Part shown: in pieces, positions 1 to 8,946 of the stretch | How the letters are laid out: every line of letters starts with the position of its first letter | How positions within the stretch are numbered: position 1 is the stretch's first letter | Source of the DNA: an uncultured Gemmatimonadales bacterium | GTDB lineage: Bacteria; Gemmatimonadota; Gemmatimonadetes; Longimicrobiales; RSA9 | DNA length: 64,000 bases | NCBI GenBank assembly: GCA_963708135.1 | Contig: OY970192.1 | Coordinates: 2,144,001-2,208,000, forward strand | Reading direction: 5' to 3' | Translations under genes and position numbers: made by a program | Notes under the pieces: generated by a model | The model's database searches: none | Told to the model about the DNA's origin: nothing | The model's input: the letters and a program-made list of their open reading frames with translations, nothing else

Positions 1-303
1 AAGGCGCTCGTCGTGGTCACGCGCACCGGCGGGGTTCCGGATTCGATCCCGGAGTGCATGCGGCGATTCATGGTCCCCGAGGCCGATGCGGACGCCCTCG
101 CCGAGGCCATACGGGCGGTTCACGCCCTCCCTTCCCGGCGTCTGGCCGAGCTGGGGGAGGAAGGGAGAGCCTTCGTGGTCCAGAACTACGACATCCGCAA
201 GATCGACGAACGGCTCATTGAGCTGACGCTGGCAGCGGGGACGGCGCGCGTGGACGGTTCCCGGCGGCCGCCGGAATCCGCTGCAGCGGCACAGCCCGCC
301 TGA
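1..303 (+). CDS. Glycosyltransferase family 4 (GT-B), C-terminal part, truncated by window edge
   Basis: Frame open from base 1 (KALVVVTRTGGVPD...FMVPEADADALAEAI...LGEEGRAFVVQNYD), a typical GT4 C-terminus. Confidence 0.8.
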   Translation, partial: KALVVVTRTGGVPDSIPECMRRFMVPEADADALAEAIRAVHALPSRRLAELGEEGRAFVVQNYDIRKIDERLIELTLAAGTARVDGSRRPPESAAAAQPA

Positions 304-343
304 GCCCGCGCTCGGCAGCTTCCCTCCAGGCCCGGGTCGAGCG

Positions 344-1585
344 ATGCCCCCACCGCCGTCGCGTGCATCGGGTGCGCCGCTGGTGCTGGCGGTGCTCCTC
401 ATCCTCCTCGCCACGCTGTTCCCGCAGCGGGTCACGAATCAGCCGCCGTTCCTGTGCCTTTACTGCGGTGAGGGCGGGATTGCGGACGGGATCCTGAACG
501 TCGGGCTGTTCCTGCCGCTCGGGATGGCACTCGCGTGGCGCTACCGCGGCGCCATGCGGCTGATCGCCGCGGGCGCGGCCCTATCCGCGCTGGTCGAGCT
601 CGCGCAGACACACATTCCCGGCCGCGACCCGAGCCTCTCGGACATCCTCTCGAACACGCTCGGCACCGCCCTGGGGGTCGCGCTGGCCGGCAGGGGCCGC
701 GCCCTGGAGAGTCTGCTGGAACGACATCGGGCGGCGCTCTCGGTGGCGGCCTGCCTGTTCGCGCTCCTGGGCGTGAGCGCGAGCGGAGCGTTGCTCGGGC
801 CGGCATATCCCCGGGGCGCCTACTGGGTCCGCTGGGGAACGGCCGTCCACGTGGAAGCCCCGTTCGACGGACAGGTGGAGGAGGCGTCCGCGGGCCCGGT
901 GAAGCTCTGGCCGGGTCCCTCGAACCGCGGCGGCCGGGTTCGTGCCGCGCTTGCTGCGGGAAGCCCGCTTCGTGCCGAGGCGAGCGTCCGGAGGCTGCCC
1001 GACGGGATGGCCGCCGTGCTGGGCGTGAGCCGGGGGCAGACCGACGTAGCGGTGCTCGGTCTCGACGGCAAGGCAGCGGTGGCCCGCTTCTCGACGCGTG
1101 GGCTCGACTGGGGACTCCGCCAGCCGGAGGTGCTCTCCCGCCACACCATGGCGGGGATCCGGATCCCCGGCCGGCTCCGTATACAGGCCTGGCGGTCCGG
1201 CCGCGGCTACTGCCTGGATGTGAACGGCCGTCGCGACTGTACGCTCGGCTTCACGGTAGGCGTGGCATGGCGGATGCTGCTCCAGCCGGTGGCGCCCGGG
1301 GGCACGGTGGGGCACCTGCTCGACCTCCTCTGGATGGCGGCGCTCTTCCTGCCCGCGGGGCTCCTGCTCCCCGGCCGTCGGTCGCGGCTGCTGCTGTCGG
1401 CGCTGGCGCTCGCGACGATCTGGGCCCTGCCGCTCGCTAGCGGGATCCTTCCGAGCCCCCCCTCCCAGTACCTGGCGGCACTGGCCGGAGTGTGGTGTGC
1501 CGCGCCCCTGCATGCGGGGATTTCGGCGTGGCGCCGAGGGCGCCGGCGAGCTGGAGCACGCAGCGCTCGATCCGAGCGTAGCTAG
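344..1585 (+). CDS. VanZ-family multi-pass membrane protein
   Basis: VanZ-like motif ILNVGLFLPLG...VELAQTHIPGRDPSLSDILSNTLG; several TM segments. Confidence 0.75.
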   Translation: MPPPPSRASGAPLVLAVLLILLATLFPQRVTNQPPFLCLYCGEGGIADGILNVGLFLPLGMALAWRYRGAMRLIAAGAALSALVELAQTHIPGRDPSLSDILSNTLGTALGVALAGRGRALESLLERHRAALSVAACLFALLGVSASGALLGPAYPRGAYWVRWGTAVHVEAPFDGQVEEASAGPVKLWPGPSNRGGRVRAALAAGSPLRAEASVRRLPDGMAAVLGVSRGQTDVAVLGLDGKAAVARFSTRGLDWGLRQPEVLSRHTMAGIRIPGRLRIQAWRSGRGYCLDVNGRRDCTLGFTVGVAWRMLLQPVAPGGTVGHLLDLLWMAALFLPAGLLLPGRRSRLLLSALALATIWALPLASGILPSPPSQYLAALAGVWCAAPLHAGISAWRRGRRRAGARSARSERS

Positions 1586-2099
1586 CCTCGAACACGACGG
1601 GCGGTTGATCGTAGGGGTCCCGGATCGCCCGGGTCTCGATCGGCACCGGGTCGAGATCGCCCAGGATGAGCACGTCCTCGGGGTGGCGGCCGTACGCGGC
1701 GCAGATGTGGCGCTGCTGCTCCCTGTCCATGACGACCACGAGGTCCGCGCCGCGGACGAGCTCGGACGTGAGCACGCTCGAGCGGTGCTCCGACAGGTCC
1801 ACCTCCGACGGTGCCGCGGCGGCGAGGGCGGACGGTGGCGCCCTCCGGCCGGCGCCGAGGAAGCCGGCGGACGTGATCCGCATCGAGTCCGCGAGCTCGG
1901 CGGGCAGCGCGTTCCGGAACCGCGCGGCGGCGAAGGGGCTCCGGCAGATGTTTCCGAGGCAGACGAACAGGACCGATACCGGCGCATCTCGCGATGCGAG
2001 CAGCCGGAGCGCCGCCATGCGCCGCGAACGATGGCGGATCCGGTCCGGCGCGTGACGGAGCCAGCGCGCGACGCGGCGTAGCGTGGTCAAGGGTCTCAT
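1437..2099 (-). CDS. Low-molecular-weight protein-tyrosine phosphatase (Wzb/EpsP-like)
   Basis: P-loop FVCLGNICRSP, ADLVVVMD, and general-acid motif IRDPY. Confidence 0.9.
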   Translation of the reverse strand: MRPLTTLRRVARWLRHAPDRIRHRSRRMAALRLLASRDAPVSVLFVCLGNICRSPFAAARFRNALPAELADSMRITSAGFLGAGRRAPPSALAAAAPSEVDLSEHRSSVLTSELVRGADLVVVMDREQQRHICAAYGRHPEDVLILGDLDPVPIETRAIRDPYDQPPVVFEASYARIERCVLQLAGALGATPKSPHAGARHTTLRPVPPGTGRGGSEGSR

Positions 2100-2408
2100 T
2101 GCGTGCGGGCGCGAGGAACCCGCCGGCGCAACGGCCGACGGGAAGGACGCGGTCCCCGATAGTATGGGGGCGGAAGCCGTGTCGAAACAGTGGACGCCGG
2201 GGGCGAGCGGGCATCGCCCCGAACAGCTCGCCCGCTGGCGCCGGCTGGCCCGCTCCGCCGTCCGGGTTGGCGGAGGCGCGGAGGCGCGGAGGCGCGTGCC
2301 GGAGCCAGCGGCCGACGCGGCGCAACGTGTTCAGTGGTCTCATTGCGTGTGCGCACCGGGAACCCGGCCGGCTTCATGGCCGCCCCGAAGGACTCGAACC
2401 CTGATGGT
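2047..2408 (-). repeat. Diverged direct duplication (244-bp offset) of the LMW-PTP upstream region and first ~20 codons
   Basis: 2047-2163 aligns with 2291-2408; MRPLTTLRRVARWLRHAP versus MRPLNTLRRVGRWLRHAP. Confidence 0.8.
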
Positions 2409-2459
2409 GGCGGCGGTTGGCCCCGCCGGCAACGACCTGGCCGGTCGAAGGGAGGCAGG

Positions 2460-2477
2460 TGTTGCGTCCGTGCAACA
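2460..2477. promoter_or_regulatory. Palindrome TGTTGC-N6-GCAACA, candidate sigma54 activator binding site (UAS)
   Basis: TGTTGCGTCCGTGCAACA has perfectly inverted 6-bp arms; related copies at 8719 and 15348. Confidence 0.6.
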
Positions 2478-2564
2478 GGGGTCTTGCCGCCCGGTGAGCC
2501 GCGGCGCGGACGCGTCAGCGGCGATCGGCGGCGTGGAGCGAGAGAACGGGCGCAGGGGTGCGGC

Positions 2565-2580
2565 GGGCATGGTCCCTGCT
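2565..2580 (+). promoter_or_regulatory. Candidate sigma54 (-24/-12) promoter for the SLC13-cysD-cysNC operon
   Basis: GGGCATGGTCCCTGCT has GG-N10-GC spacing and lies ~90 bp downstream of the palindrome. Confidence 0.45.
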
Positions 2581-2684
2581 CCCGGCGACGCGCGATCCGG
2601 GACGATCGCGGCAGCCCCTAACGCGCATGGAGTCGGGCGCGCCCCTGGAGTCCCCTTGAAACCCCGTGCGGAGGTGATCCGAGC

Positions 2685-4463
2685 GTGGGCGCAGAAGCGT
2701 GGCTGACGCTGGCGGTGGTGGCGACCGCCGTCGTGGTGCTCGCGCGGGACATGGTTTCGGCGGCGGTGGTGGTCTTCGCGGCGGACGTGGCGCTGCTGCT
2801 CCTTCACGTGGTCACGCCAGCGCAGGCGTTTGCCGGTTTCGCCAACCCGGCTCCGATCACGGTGGCGGCGCTGTTCGTGCTGGCCCGCTCGGTCGAGAAG
2901 ACGGGAGCTCTGCAGCCGATCATCGACTCGATGCTGGGCGGGCGGCGTAACGGCCGGATTACGCTCTTGCGGCTGCTTGCGCCGGTGACGGCGGCATCCG
3001 CGTTTCTGAACAACACGCCGATCGTGGCGATGCTGGCGCCGCAGGTGGCGGACTGGGCGGAGAAGCGGGGGCGCTCGGCGTCGGCGTATCTGATTCCGCT
3101 GTCGTACGCCACGATCCTGGGCGGGCTGCTGACGGTGATCGGGACATCGACGAACCTGGTGGTATCGGGGCTGATGGAGCAGGCGGGGATGGCGCCGATC
3201 GGGATGTTCGAGGTGACGAAGGTCGGGCTGCCGATCGCCCTGGTCGGCCTGGCGGTGCTGGTGGGGTTGGCGCCGGTGCTGTTGCCCGAGCGGCGAGCGG
3301 CGAGGCAGCAATTCCGGGAGGACGTGCGGGAGTTCGTGATGCGGACGTTGGTCGAGGCGGACGGCCCGCTGGTGGGCAACACGGTGGAGGGCGGACACCT
3401 GCGGCATCTGCAGGGGGTCTTCCTGGTGGAGATCGAACGGGGGGGTGAGGTGATCGCGCCGGTGGCGCCGACGACGGTCCTGCACGGGGGGGATCGGCTC
3501 ACGTTCGTGGGGCGGGTGGACCTGGTGCGAGATCTCCAGAACACGCGGGGGCTCCGCTATGCGGAGGAGGAACACGCGCTGGCGACGGCCGGGAGGGAGC
3601 ACACATTCTTCGAGGCGGTGATCAGTGGGGCATCTCCGCTGGTGGGTCGGACGCTCAAGGAGACGGATTTCCGCAAGCGCTACCAGGCGGCCGTGCTGGC
3701 GATCCACCGTGCGGGGGCCCGGGTTCACGAGAAGCTCGGTCAGGTGAAGCTCAAGGAAGGCGACACACTGCTGCTGCTTTCGGACCGCGAGTTCGCCTCG
3801 CGGTGGCGCGACCGCAGCGACTTCCTGCTGGTCTCGCACCTGGGGGGAATGCGGCCGACCAGCTCGCGGCAGGCCGTCCTGGTGGGCCTCGTCGCTCTGG
3901 GCGTAATCGTCGTCGCGGGTGCCCACCTGCTGCCCATCCTGCACGCCGCGCTGCTGGCGGCACTGGTGCTCGTGATCGGTGGCGCGCTCACGCCGGCGGA
4001 GGCGCGCGACGCCGTCGAAGTCGACGTGCTGGTGGTAATTGCCGCCTCGTTCGGGGTCGGCGCGGGCATCCAGAGCTCCGGCCTGGCGGCTGTCCTCGCC
4101 TCGGGGATCGTCGGCGGGTTCGGCCCGTGGGGGCCCGTCGGTGTGCTGCTGGCGGTCACGCTAGCCACGATCGTGCTCACGGAGCTGATCACGAACAACG
4201 CGGCGGCGGCACTTCTGTTTCCGATCGCGATCACGACGGCCACAGAGCTCGGGCTCAACCCGAGGCCGTACGCGATCGCGGTCGCCATGGCCGCGTCGGC
4301 GAGCTTTCTCACGCCGATCGGGTATCAGACGAACACGATGGTCTACGGCCTCGGGGGCTACCGATTCGGGGACTTCACGCGGCTCGGCGCGCCGCTGACG
4401 TTGCTGGTGGTCGCTACCATTGTCGTCGTGATCCCGCTATTCTGGTCTCTCTCCTCGTCCTGA
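2685..4463 (+). CDS. SLC13/DASS-family permease with two TrkA-C domains (probable sulfate transporter)
   Basis: SAFLNNTPIV, TVIGTSTNL, ELITNNAAA and TPIGYQTN motifs; central RCK_C domains; directly upstream of cysD. Confidence 0.88.
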   Translation: MGAEAWLTLAVVATAVVVLARDMVSAAVVVFAADVALLLLHVVTPAQAFAGFANPAPITVAALFVLARSVEKTGALQPIIDSMLGGRRNGRITLLRLLAPVTAASAFLNNTPIVAMLAPQVADWAEKRGRSASAYLIPLSYATILGGLLTVIGTSTNLVVSGLMEQAGMAPIGMFEVTKVGLPIALVGLAVLVGLAPVLLPERRAARQQFREDVREFVMRTLVEADGPLVGNTVEGGHLRHLQGVFLVEIERGGEVIAPVAPTTVLHGGDRLTFVGRVDLVRDLQNTRGLRYAEEEHALATAGREHTFFEAVISGASPLVGRTLKETDFRKRYQAAVLAIHRAGARVHEKLGQVKLKEGDTLLLLSDREFASRWRDRSDFLLVSHLGGMRPTSSRQAVLVGLVALGVIVVAGAHLLPILHAALLAALVLVIGGALTPAEARDAVEVDVLVVIAASFGVGAGIQSSGLAAVLASGIVGGFGPWGPVGVLLAVTLATIVLTELITNNAAAALLFPIAITTATELGLNPRPYAIAVAMAASASFLTPIGYQTNTMVYGLGGYRFGDFTRLGAPLTLLVVATIVVVIPLFWSLSSS

Positions 4464-4496
4464 TGAGGCACCCGGTGAAGGGAAGATGATCTGAGC

Positions 4497-5402
4497 ATGG
4501 TCTCGTACCGCAAGACGCACCTTCAGCAGCTGGAGAGCGAGGCGATCTTCGTCATGCGCGAGGTCGCGGCGCAGTTCGAGCGGCCGGTGCTGCTGTTCTC
4601 CGGGGGCAAGGACTCGATCACGCTGGTGCATTTGGCGCGGAAGGCGTTCTGGCCGGGGCGGGTACCGTTCCCGCTGATGCACATCGACACGGGGCACAAC
4701 TTCCCGGAAGCGCTGGAGTTCCGGGACTGGCTGGCGGCTTCGGCGGGGCTCGAGCTGATCGTGTGCCGGGTGCAGGACTCGATCGACGCGGGCCGCGTGG
4801 TGGAGGAGACGGGTCCGCACGCGAGCCGCAACTCGCTCCAGACGGTGACGCTGCTGGACGCGCTCAGGGAACACAGGGTGGATGCCGCGATCGGCGGGGC
4901 GCGGCGGGACGAGGAGAAGGCGCGGGCGAAGGAGCGGTTCTTCTCGCACCGCGACGCGTTCGGGCAGTGGGACCCGAAGAACCAGCGTCCGGAGCTGTGG
5001 AACCTGTTCAACGGCCGGAAGAACCCGGGCGAGCACTTCCGGGTGTTCCCGCTCTCGAACTGGACGGAGATGGACATCTGGCAGTACGTGGCGAGCGAAG
5101 GGGTCGCGTTGCCGAGCCTCTACTTCGCGCACCGGCGCCGGGTCTTCCGGCGGGGCGATCTGATCATGGCGGAGTCGCCGCACGTGCCGATGCAGTCGGG
5201 GGAGCGGGTGGAGGAACGGATGGTCCGGTTCCGCACGGTGGGCGATGCGACGTGCACGGGCGCGATCGCCTCGGTCGCGGCGACGGTGGAGGAGATCATC
5301 CAGGAGACGGCGGGGCTTCGCATCACGGAGCGCGGCGGCCGGGTGGACGACAAGAGGAGCGAAGCCGCGATGGAAGACCGGAAGCGGCAGGGGTACTTCT
5401 GA
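4497..5402 (+). CDS. cysD: Sulfate adenylyltransferase subunit 2
   Basis: LFSGGKDS PP-loop, GGARRDEEKARAKER, WDPKNQRPELW, C-terminal RKRQGYF. Confidence 0.97.
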   Translation: MVSYRKTHLQQLESEAIFVMREVAAQFERPVLLFSGGKDSITLVHLARKAFWPGRVPFPLMHIDTGHNFPEALEFRDWLAASAGLELIVCRVQDSIDAGRVVEETGPHASRNSLQTVTLLDALREHRVDAAIGGARRDEEKARAKERFFSHRDAFGQWDPKNQRPELWNLFNGRKNPGEHFRVFPLSNWTEMDIWQYVASEGVALPSLYFAHRRRVFRRGDLIMAESPHVPMQSGERVEERMVRFRTVGDATCTGAIASVAATVEEIIQETAGLRITERGGRVDDKRSEAAMEDRKRQGYF

Positions 5403-7390
5403 TGGCCACGTCGCGGAAGCTGGCGGCGCTGCATGCGCGGGTGGAGGCGGAGACGGAGCTTCCTGCCGCGGTCCGGCTGATCGAGCCCTCTCGCGAGGTC
5501 GATCCGTACCGGGAGATGGACCTGCTGCGGCTGGCGACGGCGGGCAGCGTGGACGACGGGAAGAGCACGCTGATCGGGCGCCTGCTCTACGACACGAAGT
5601 CGATCTTCGAGGACCAGCTCGAGGCCATCGAGGACGCGAGCCGGCGCCGGGGCGAGGACGGGGTGAACCTGGCGCTGCTCACGGACGGGCTGCGGGCGGA
5701 GCGCGAGCAGAACATCACGATCGACGTCGCCTACCGGTACTTCGCGACGCCGAAGCGAAAGTTCATCATCGCGGACACGCCGGGGCACGTGCAGTACACG
5801 CGGAACATGGTGACGGGCGCCTCGACGGCGGAGCTGGCGATCGTGCTGGTGGACGCGCGCCGGGGCGTGCTGACGCAGTCGAAGCGGCACGGCTTCGTGG
5901 CGTCGCTCTTCGGGATCCCGCACATCGTCGTGGCCATCAACAAGATGGACCTGGTCGGCTACGACGAGGCGGTGTACCGACGTCTCGTGGCCGAGTACGC
6001 GGAGTTCGCCGAGAAGCTGGGGGTGGGCGACCTCGTATTCATTCCGATCTCAGCGCTGAAGGGTGACAACGTGGTGACCCACGGCGAGAACATGCCGTGG
6101 TACGAGGGCACGACGCTGCTGCACCACCTGGAGACGGTGAACGTGGGGGCGGACCGCAACCTGGTGGACTTCCGCTTCCCGGTGCAGTACGTGGTGCGGC
6201 CGCACCAGGACTTTCGCGGCTTTGCGGGCCGGATCGTATCGGGCACGATCTCGCCGGGGGAGGAGGTCGTGGCGCTGCCGAGCGGGCACGCCACTCGGAT
6301 CCGCTCGATCGAGACGCCCGAGGGCCCGCGCAGCGAGGCAGTGGCCGGCGACTCGGTCGTGCTGACGCTGGAGGACGAGCTGGACGTGAGCCGCGGCGAG
6401 ATGCTGGTCCGCCGCATGAACGTGCCCACGGTGGCGGAGCGCTTCGAGGCCACGATCTGCTGGATGACGGAGCAGCCACTCGACCCGACCGTGGCGTACG
6501 TGCTCATGCACACGACGCGGCGGGTCAAGGCGTTCGTGAGCGAGGTCGTGTACCGGATCGACATGGACACGCTGCACCGGGAGCAGGCGAGCACCTTCGG
6601 GCTGAACGACGTGGGGCGGGTCGAGATCACGACGGCCCAGCCGATCTTCTTCGACGCGTTCCGCGCGAACCACGGCACCGGCAGCTTCATCCTGATCGAT
6701 CCGTTCACGAACGTGACGGTGGCCGCCGGGATCGTCCGTGGCCCGATCCGGACGGCGGAGACGCTGCCGTCCGAGGCGACGGCGGAGCGCCCCACCTCAC
6801 CGGGCGCGGTGTGGGCGGCGCCGAACATCCCGCGTGAGGAGCGCGAGCTCGACCTGGGCCATCGCGCGGCGGTGCTGTGGTTCACGGGGCTTTCCGGCTC
6901 CGGGAAGTCGACCGTCGCACGGGCGCTCGAGCGGCGCCTCTTCCGGGACGGCATCCGGACGATGCTACTGGACGGCGACCAGCTGCGGCACGGGCTGTCC
7001 GGCGATCTGGGCTTCGGCGCGGCGGACCGGCGCGAGAACATCCGCCGGGCGGGCGAGGTGGCGGCGCTGTTCTTCGAGCAGGGCAGCATCGTGCTGTGCA
7101 GCTTCGTCTCGCCCTTCCGCGAGGACCGCGAGCGGGTGCGGGGACTGGTGCCGGAGGGGCGCTTCGTGGAGGTGTACGTCCGCTGCGATCTCGAGGTGTG
7201 CCGCCGGCGCGACCCGAAGGGGCTCTACGCCCGCTCGGCGAGCGGCGAGCTGCGCGGGCTGACGGGGGTGGACGCGCCCTACGAGGCGCCGGAGCGGGCG
7301 GAGGTGGTGGCGGACACGATGGTCCACTCGCCGGACGAGCTGGTGGAGCAGATCGTCGCCCGCCTGCGCGGCCACGGCATCATCGACTGA
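5402..7390 (+). CDS. cysNC: Bifunctional sulfate adenylyltransferase subunit 1 / adenylylsulfate kinase
   Basis: GSVDDGKST, DTPGH and NKMD GTPase motifs plus C-terminal APS kinase ([26 protein letters not shown]); ATG overlaps the cysD stop. Confidence 0.96.
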   Translation: MATSRKLAALHARVEAETELPAAVRLIEPSREVDPYREMDLLRLATAGSVDDGKSTLIGRLLYDTKSIFEDQLEAIEDASRRRGEDGVNLALLTDGLRAEREQNITIDVAYRYFATPKRKFIIADTPGHVQYTRNMVTGASTAELAIVLVDARRGVLTQSKRHGFVASLFGIPHIVVAINKMDLVGYDEAVYRRLVAEYAEFAEKLGVGDLVFIPISALKGDNVVTHGENMPWYEGTTLLHHLETVNVGADRNLVDFRFPVQYVVRPHQDFRGFAGRIVSGTISPGEEVVALPSGHATRIRSIETPEGPRSEAVAGDSVVLTLEDELDVSRGEMLVRRMNVPTVAERFEATICWMTEQPLDPTVAYVLMHTTRRVKAFVSEVVYRIDMDTLHREQASTFGLNDVGRVEITTAQPIFFDAFRANHGTGSFILIDPFTNVTVAAGIVRGPIRTAETLPSEATAERPTSPGAVWAAPNIPREERELDLGHRAAVLWFTGLSGSGKSTVARALERRLFRDGIRTMLLDGDQLRHGLSGDLGFGAADRRENIRRAGEVAALFFEQGSIVLCSFVSPFREDRERVRGLVPEGRFVEVYVRCDLEVCRRRDPKGLYARSASGELRGLTGVDAPYEAPERAEVVADTMVHSPDELVEQIVARLRGHGIID

Positions 7391-7411
7391 GGCACCCCCG
7401 GCCCGGCGATC

Positions 7412-8626
7412 TCACGCCACGGCCGACCTCACCAACGCCAGGATCCGCGCCGTCTCGGCTGCGGTCACACGCGAGTGGCTCGGCAGCGTGACGAGGGCGG
7501 CGGCGAGCCGCTCGGCGCCCGGCATGCGCGCGTGGGGATCGACGAGGTGTCTGTGTACCTCCGGCCAGCCGGCGAGCGGGGTGGGGTAGCCAGGCGCAAT
7601 CCCGAGCCGCATCGCGGCACTCACGTCCTCGAACGAGGCCATCCCCCGGGGGAGCAGGATCGGCAGGCGGAGGTATCCCGGGGCCGCCCCTTCCGCTGGG
7701 CGGACGACCCCCACGCCGGCAACGGCCCGTATCCCCTCGAGCAGCTCCGCCGCGTTGCGCCTTCGCGCCTCGGCCTCCTCCAGCGCGACCTGGCGCGCGC
7801 CGAGCGCCAGGGCCGCGGCCGAGCGGGACATCGCGGCCGGCGGGCCTGGGTCGTGGTAGCGGGTCTCCCCGAGGCGCAGAAACGGCAGCGCACGGGGAAG
7901 CCCGTAGAGCGAGGGGCGACCGAGAAGCGCCTGGAGCGCGGCCCGGAGCACGACCGGTGCGCTCCGGGCGCGGTCGGCCGCGGCACGTGTCCGGCGCGCG
8001 GAAAGGAGGTCCGCCACGGTCCCGTCGCCTGCCCCGGTCCTGAGCAGGAGGGCGCCCCCGGCCCCGCCCGTCCAGCCCTTGCCGCGCCCGAAGCTCAGCA
8101 CGCTCAGGCCCGCGAGGGCGCCGAGCGGGCGGCCGAGCCAGGTAGCGCCGTGCCCCTGTGCAGCATCCTCGGCCAGGACCGCGCCGTACGCATGGACGAG
8201 CGCGGCGAGTGCATCCCAGTCGAGCGGCATGCCGAAGAGCGGCGCTGCCACGACGATGCCTGCCCCGAGCCGCAGCGCGCGCTCGAGAGAGTCGAGGTCG
8301 GGGGCGAGCGTAGCGGGGTCCAGGTCGTAGAGAACGAACCGGAGACCCGCACCCACCGCCGCAGCGGCAACCTCGGGACAGGCGAACGCCGGCAGCGCGA
8401 CGAGGGCCTCGCCCGGCCGCGCCTCGCACGCGCTTTCCAGTGCCACCGTCAGGGCCTGCGTACCGCTGCCGAAGAGCCGGACCGCATCGGCCGAGTAATC
8501 GCCCCGGAGTAGTGCCGCGAGCCGCACGCGCGGATCGGGGGCGCCGGCGCGCCCGCTCCGGAGCAGCTCGGCGAAGGCGCCGGCCGGCAGCGGAGAGTAT
8601 GCCGGCGGCTGCGACCTCAGGGTCAT
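7412..8626 (-). CDS. DegT/DnrJ/EryC1/StrS-family PLP-dependent sugar aminotransferase-like protein
   Basis: SGTQAL, EDAAQGHG and LSFGRGK motifs. Confidence 0.8.
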   Translation of the reverse strand: MTLRSQPPAYSPLPAGAFAELLRSGRAGAPDPRVRLAALLRGDYSADAVRLFGSGTQALTVALESACEARPGEALVALPAFACPEVAAAAVGAGLRFVLYDLDPATLAPDLDSLERALRLGAGIVVAAPLFGMPLDWDALAALVHAYGAVLAEDAAQGHGATWLGRPLGALAGLSVLSFGRGKGWTGGAGGALLLRTGAGDGTVADLLSARRTRAAADRARSAPVVLRAALQALLGRPSLYGLPRALPFLRLGETRYHDPGPPAAMSRSAAALALGARQVALEEAEARRRNAAELLEGIRAVAGVGVVRPAEGAAPGYLRLPILLPRGMASFEDVSAAMRLGIAPGYPTPLAGWPEVHRHLVDPHARMPGAERLAAALVTLPSHSRVTAAETARILALVRSAVA

Positions 8627-8718
8627 GAGCGAACTTCTCCTCGCGCGGACGGTTCGGCCCTGATCGAGCGTGGAGTATGGACGCCCGGCACCGTTCGTGG
8701 CAACGACCCCTGGCGACC

Positions 8719-8736
8719 TGTTGCATGCGTGCTACA
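8719..8736. promoter_or_regulatory. TGTTGC-N6-GCTACA candidate UAS
   Basis: TGTTGCATGCGTGCTACA; arms differ at one base from the 2460 palindrome. Confidence 0.55.
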
Positions 8737-8845
8737 TTGGCCCGCGAGGGGCCCGGCGGGCCGGCGCGGCCCGCGCTCCGCCCGGGAAGCGCGCAGGCGC
8801 GGCCGCCCGGAGCGAGCCACGGCGCGCGGGACGAACGCACGCTCC

Positions 8846-8861
8846 CGGCACATGTTGTGCT
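8846..8861 (+). promoter_or_regulatory. Candidate sigma54 promoter for the TonB-dependent receptor operon
   Basis: CGGCACATGTTGTGCT matches the GGCAC-N7-GC consensus; ~110 bp after the UAS and ~85 bp before ATG 8947. Confidence 0.6.
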
Positions 8862-8946
8862 GCGCCCGCGTGGCGAGGCTGGGTCCTCCTGGGGGACACG
8901 TGCGACGATCGGACCACCAAAGCGGCACAACAGAACGAGACAATCC

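Noticed and set aside
344..1585. Glycopeptide-resistance locus because of VanZ
   Set aside because: No vanHAX or vanRS genes; VanZ-like proteins are common in polysaccharide loci.
2376..2458. tRNA-like 3' end on the minus strand (GGGTTCGAGTCCTT...GGCCA)
   Set aside because: No D-arm or anticodon arm and a mismatched T-stem; the segment is part of the duplicated phosphatase leader.
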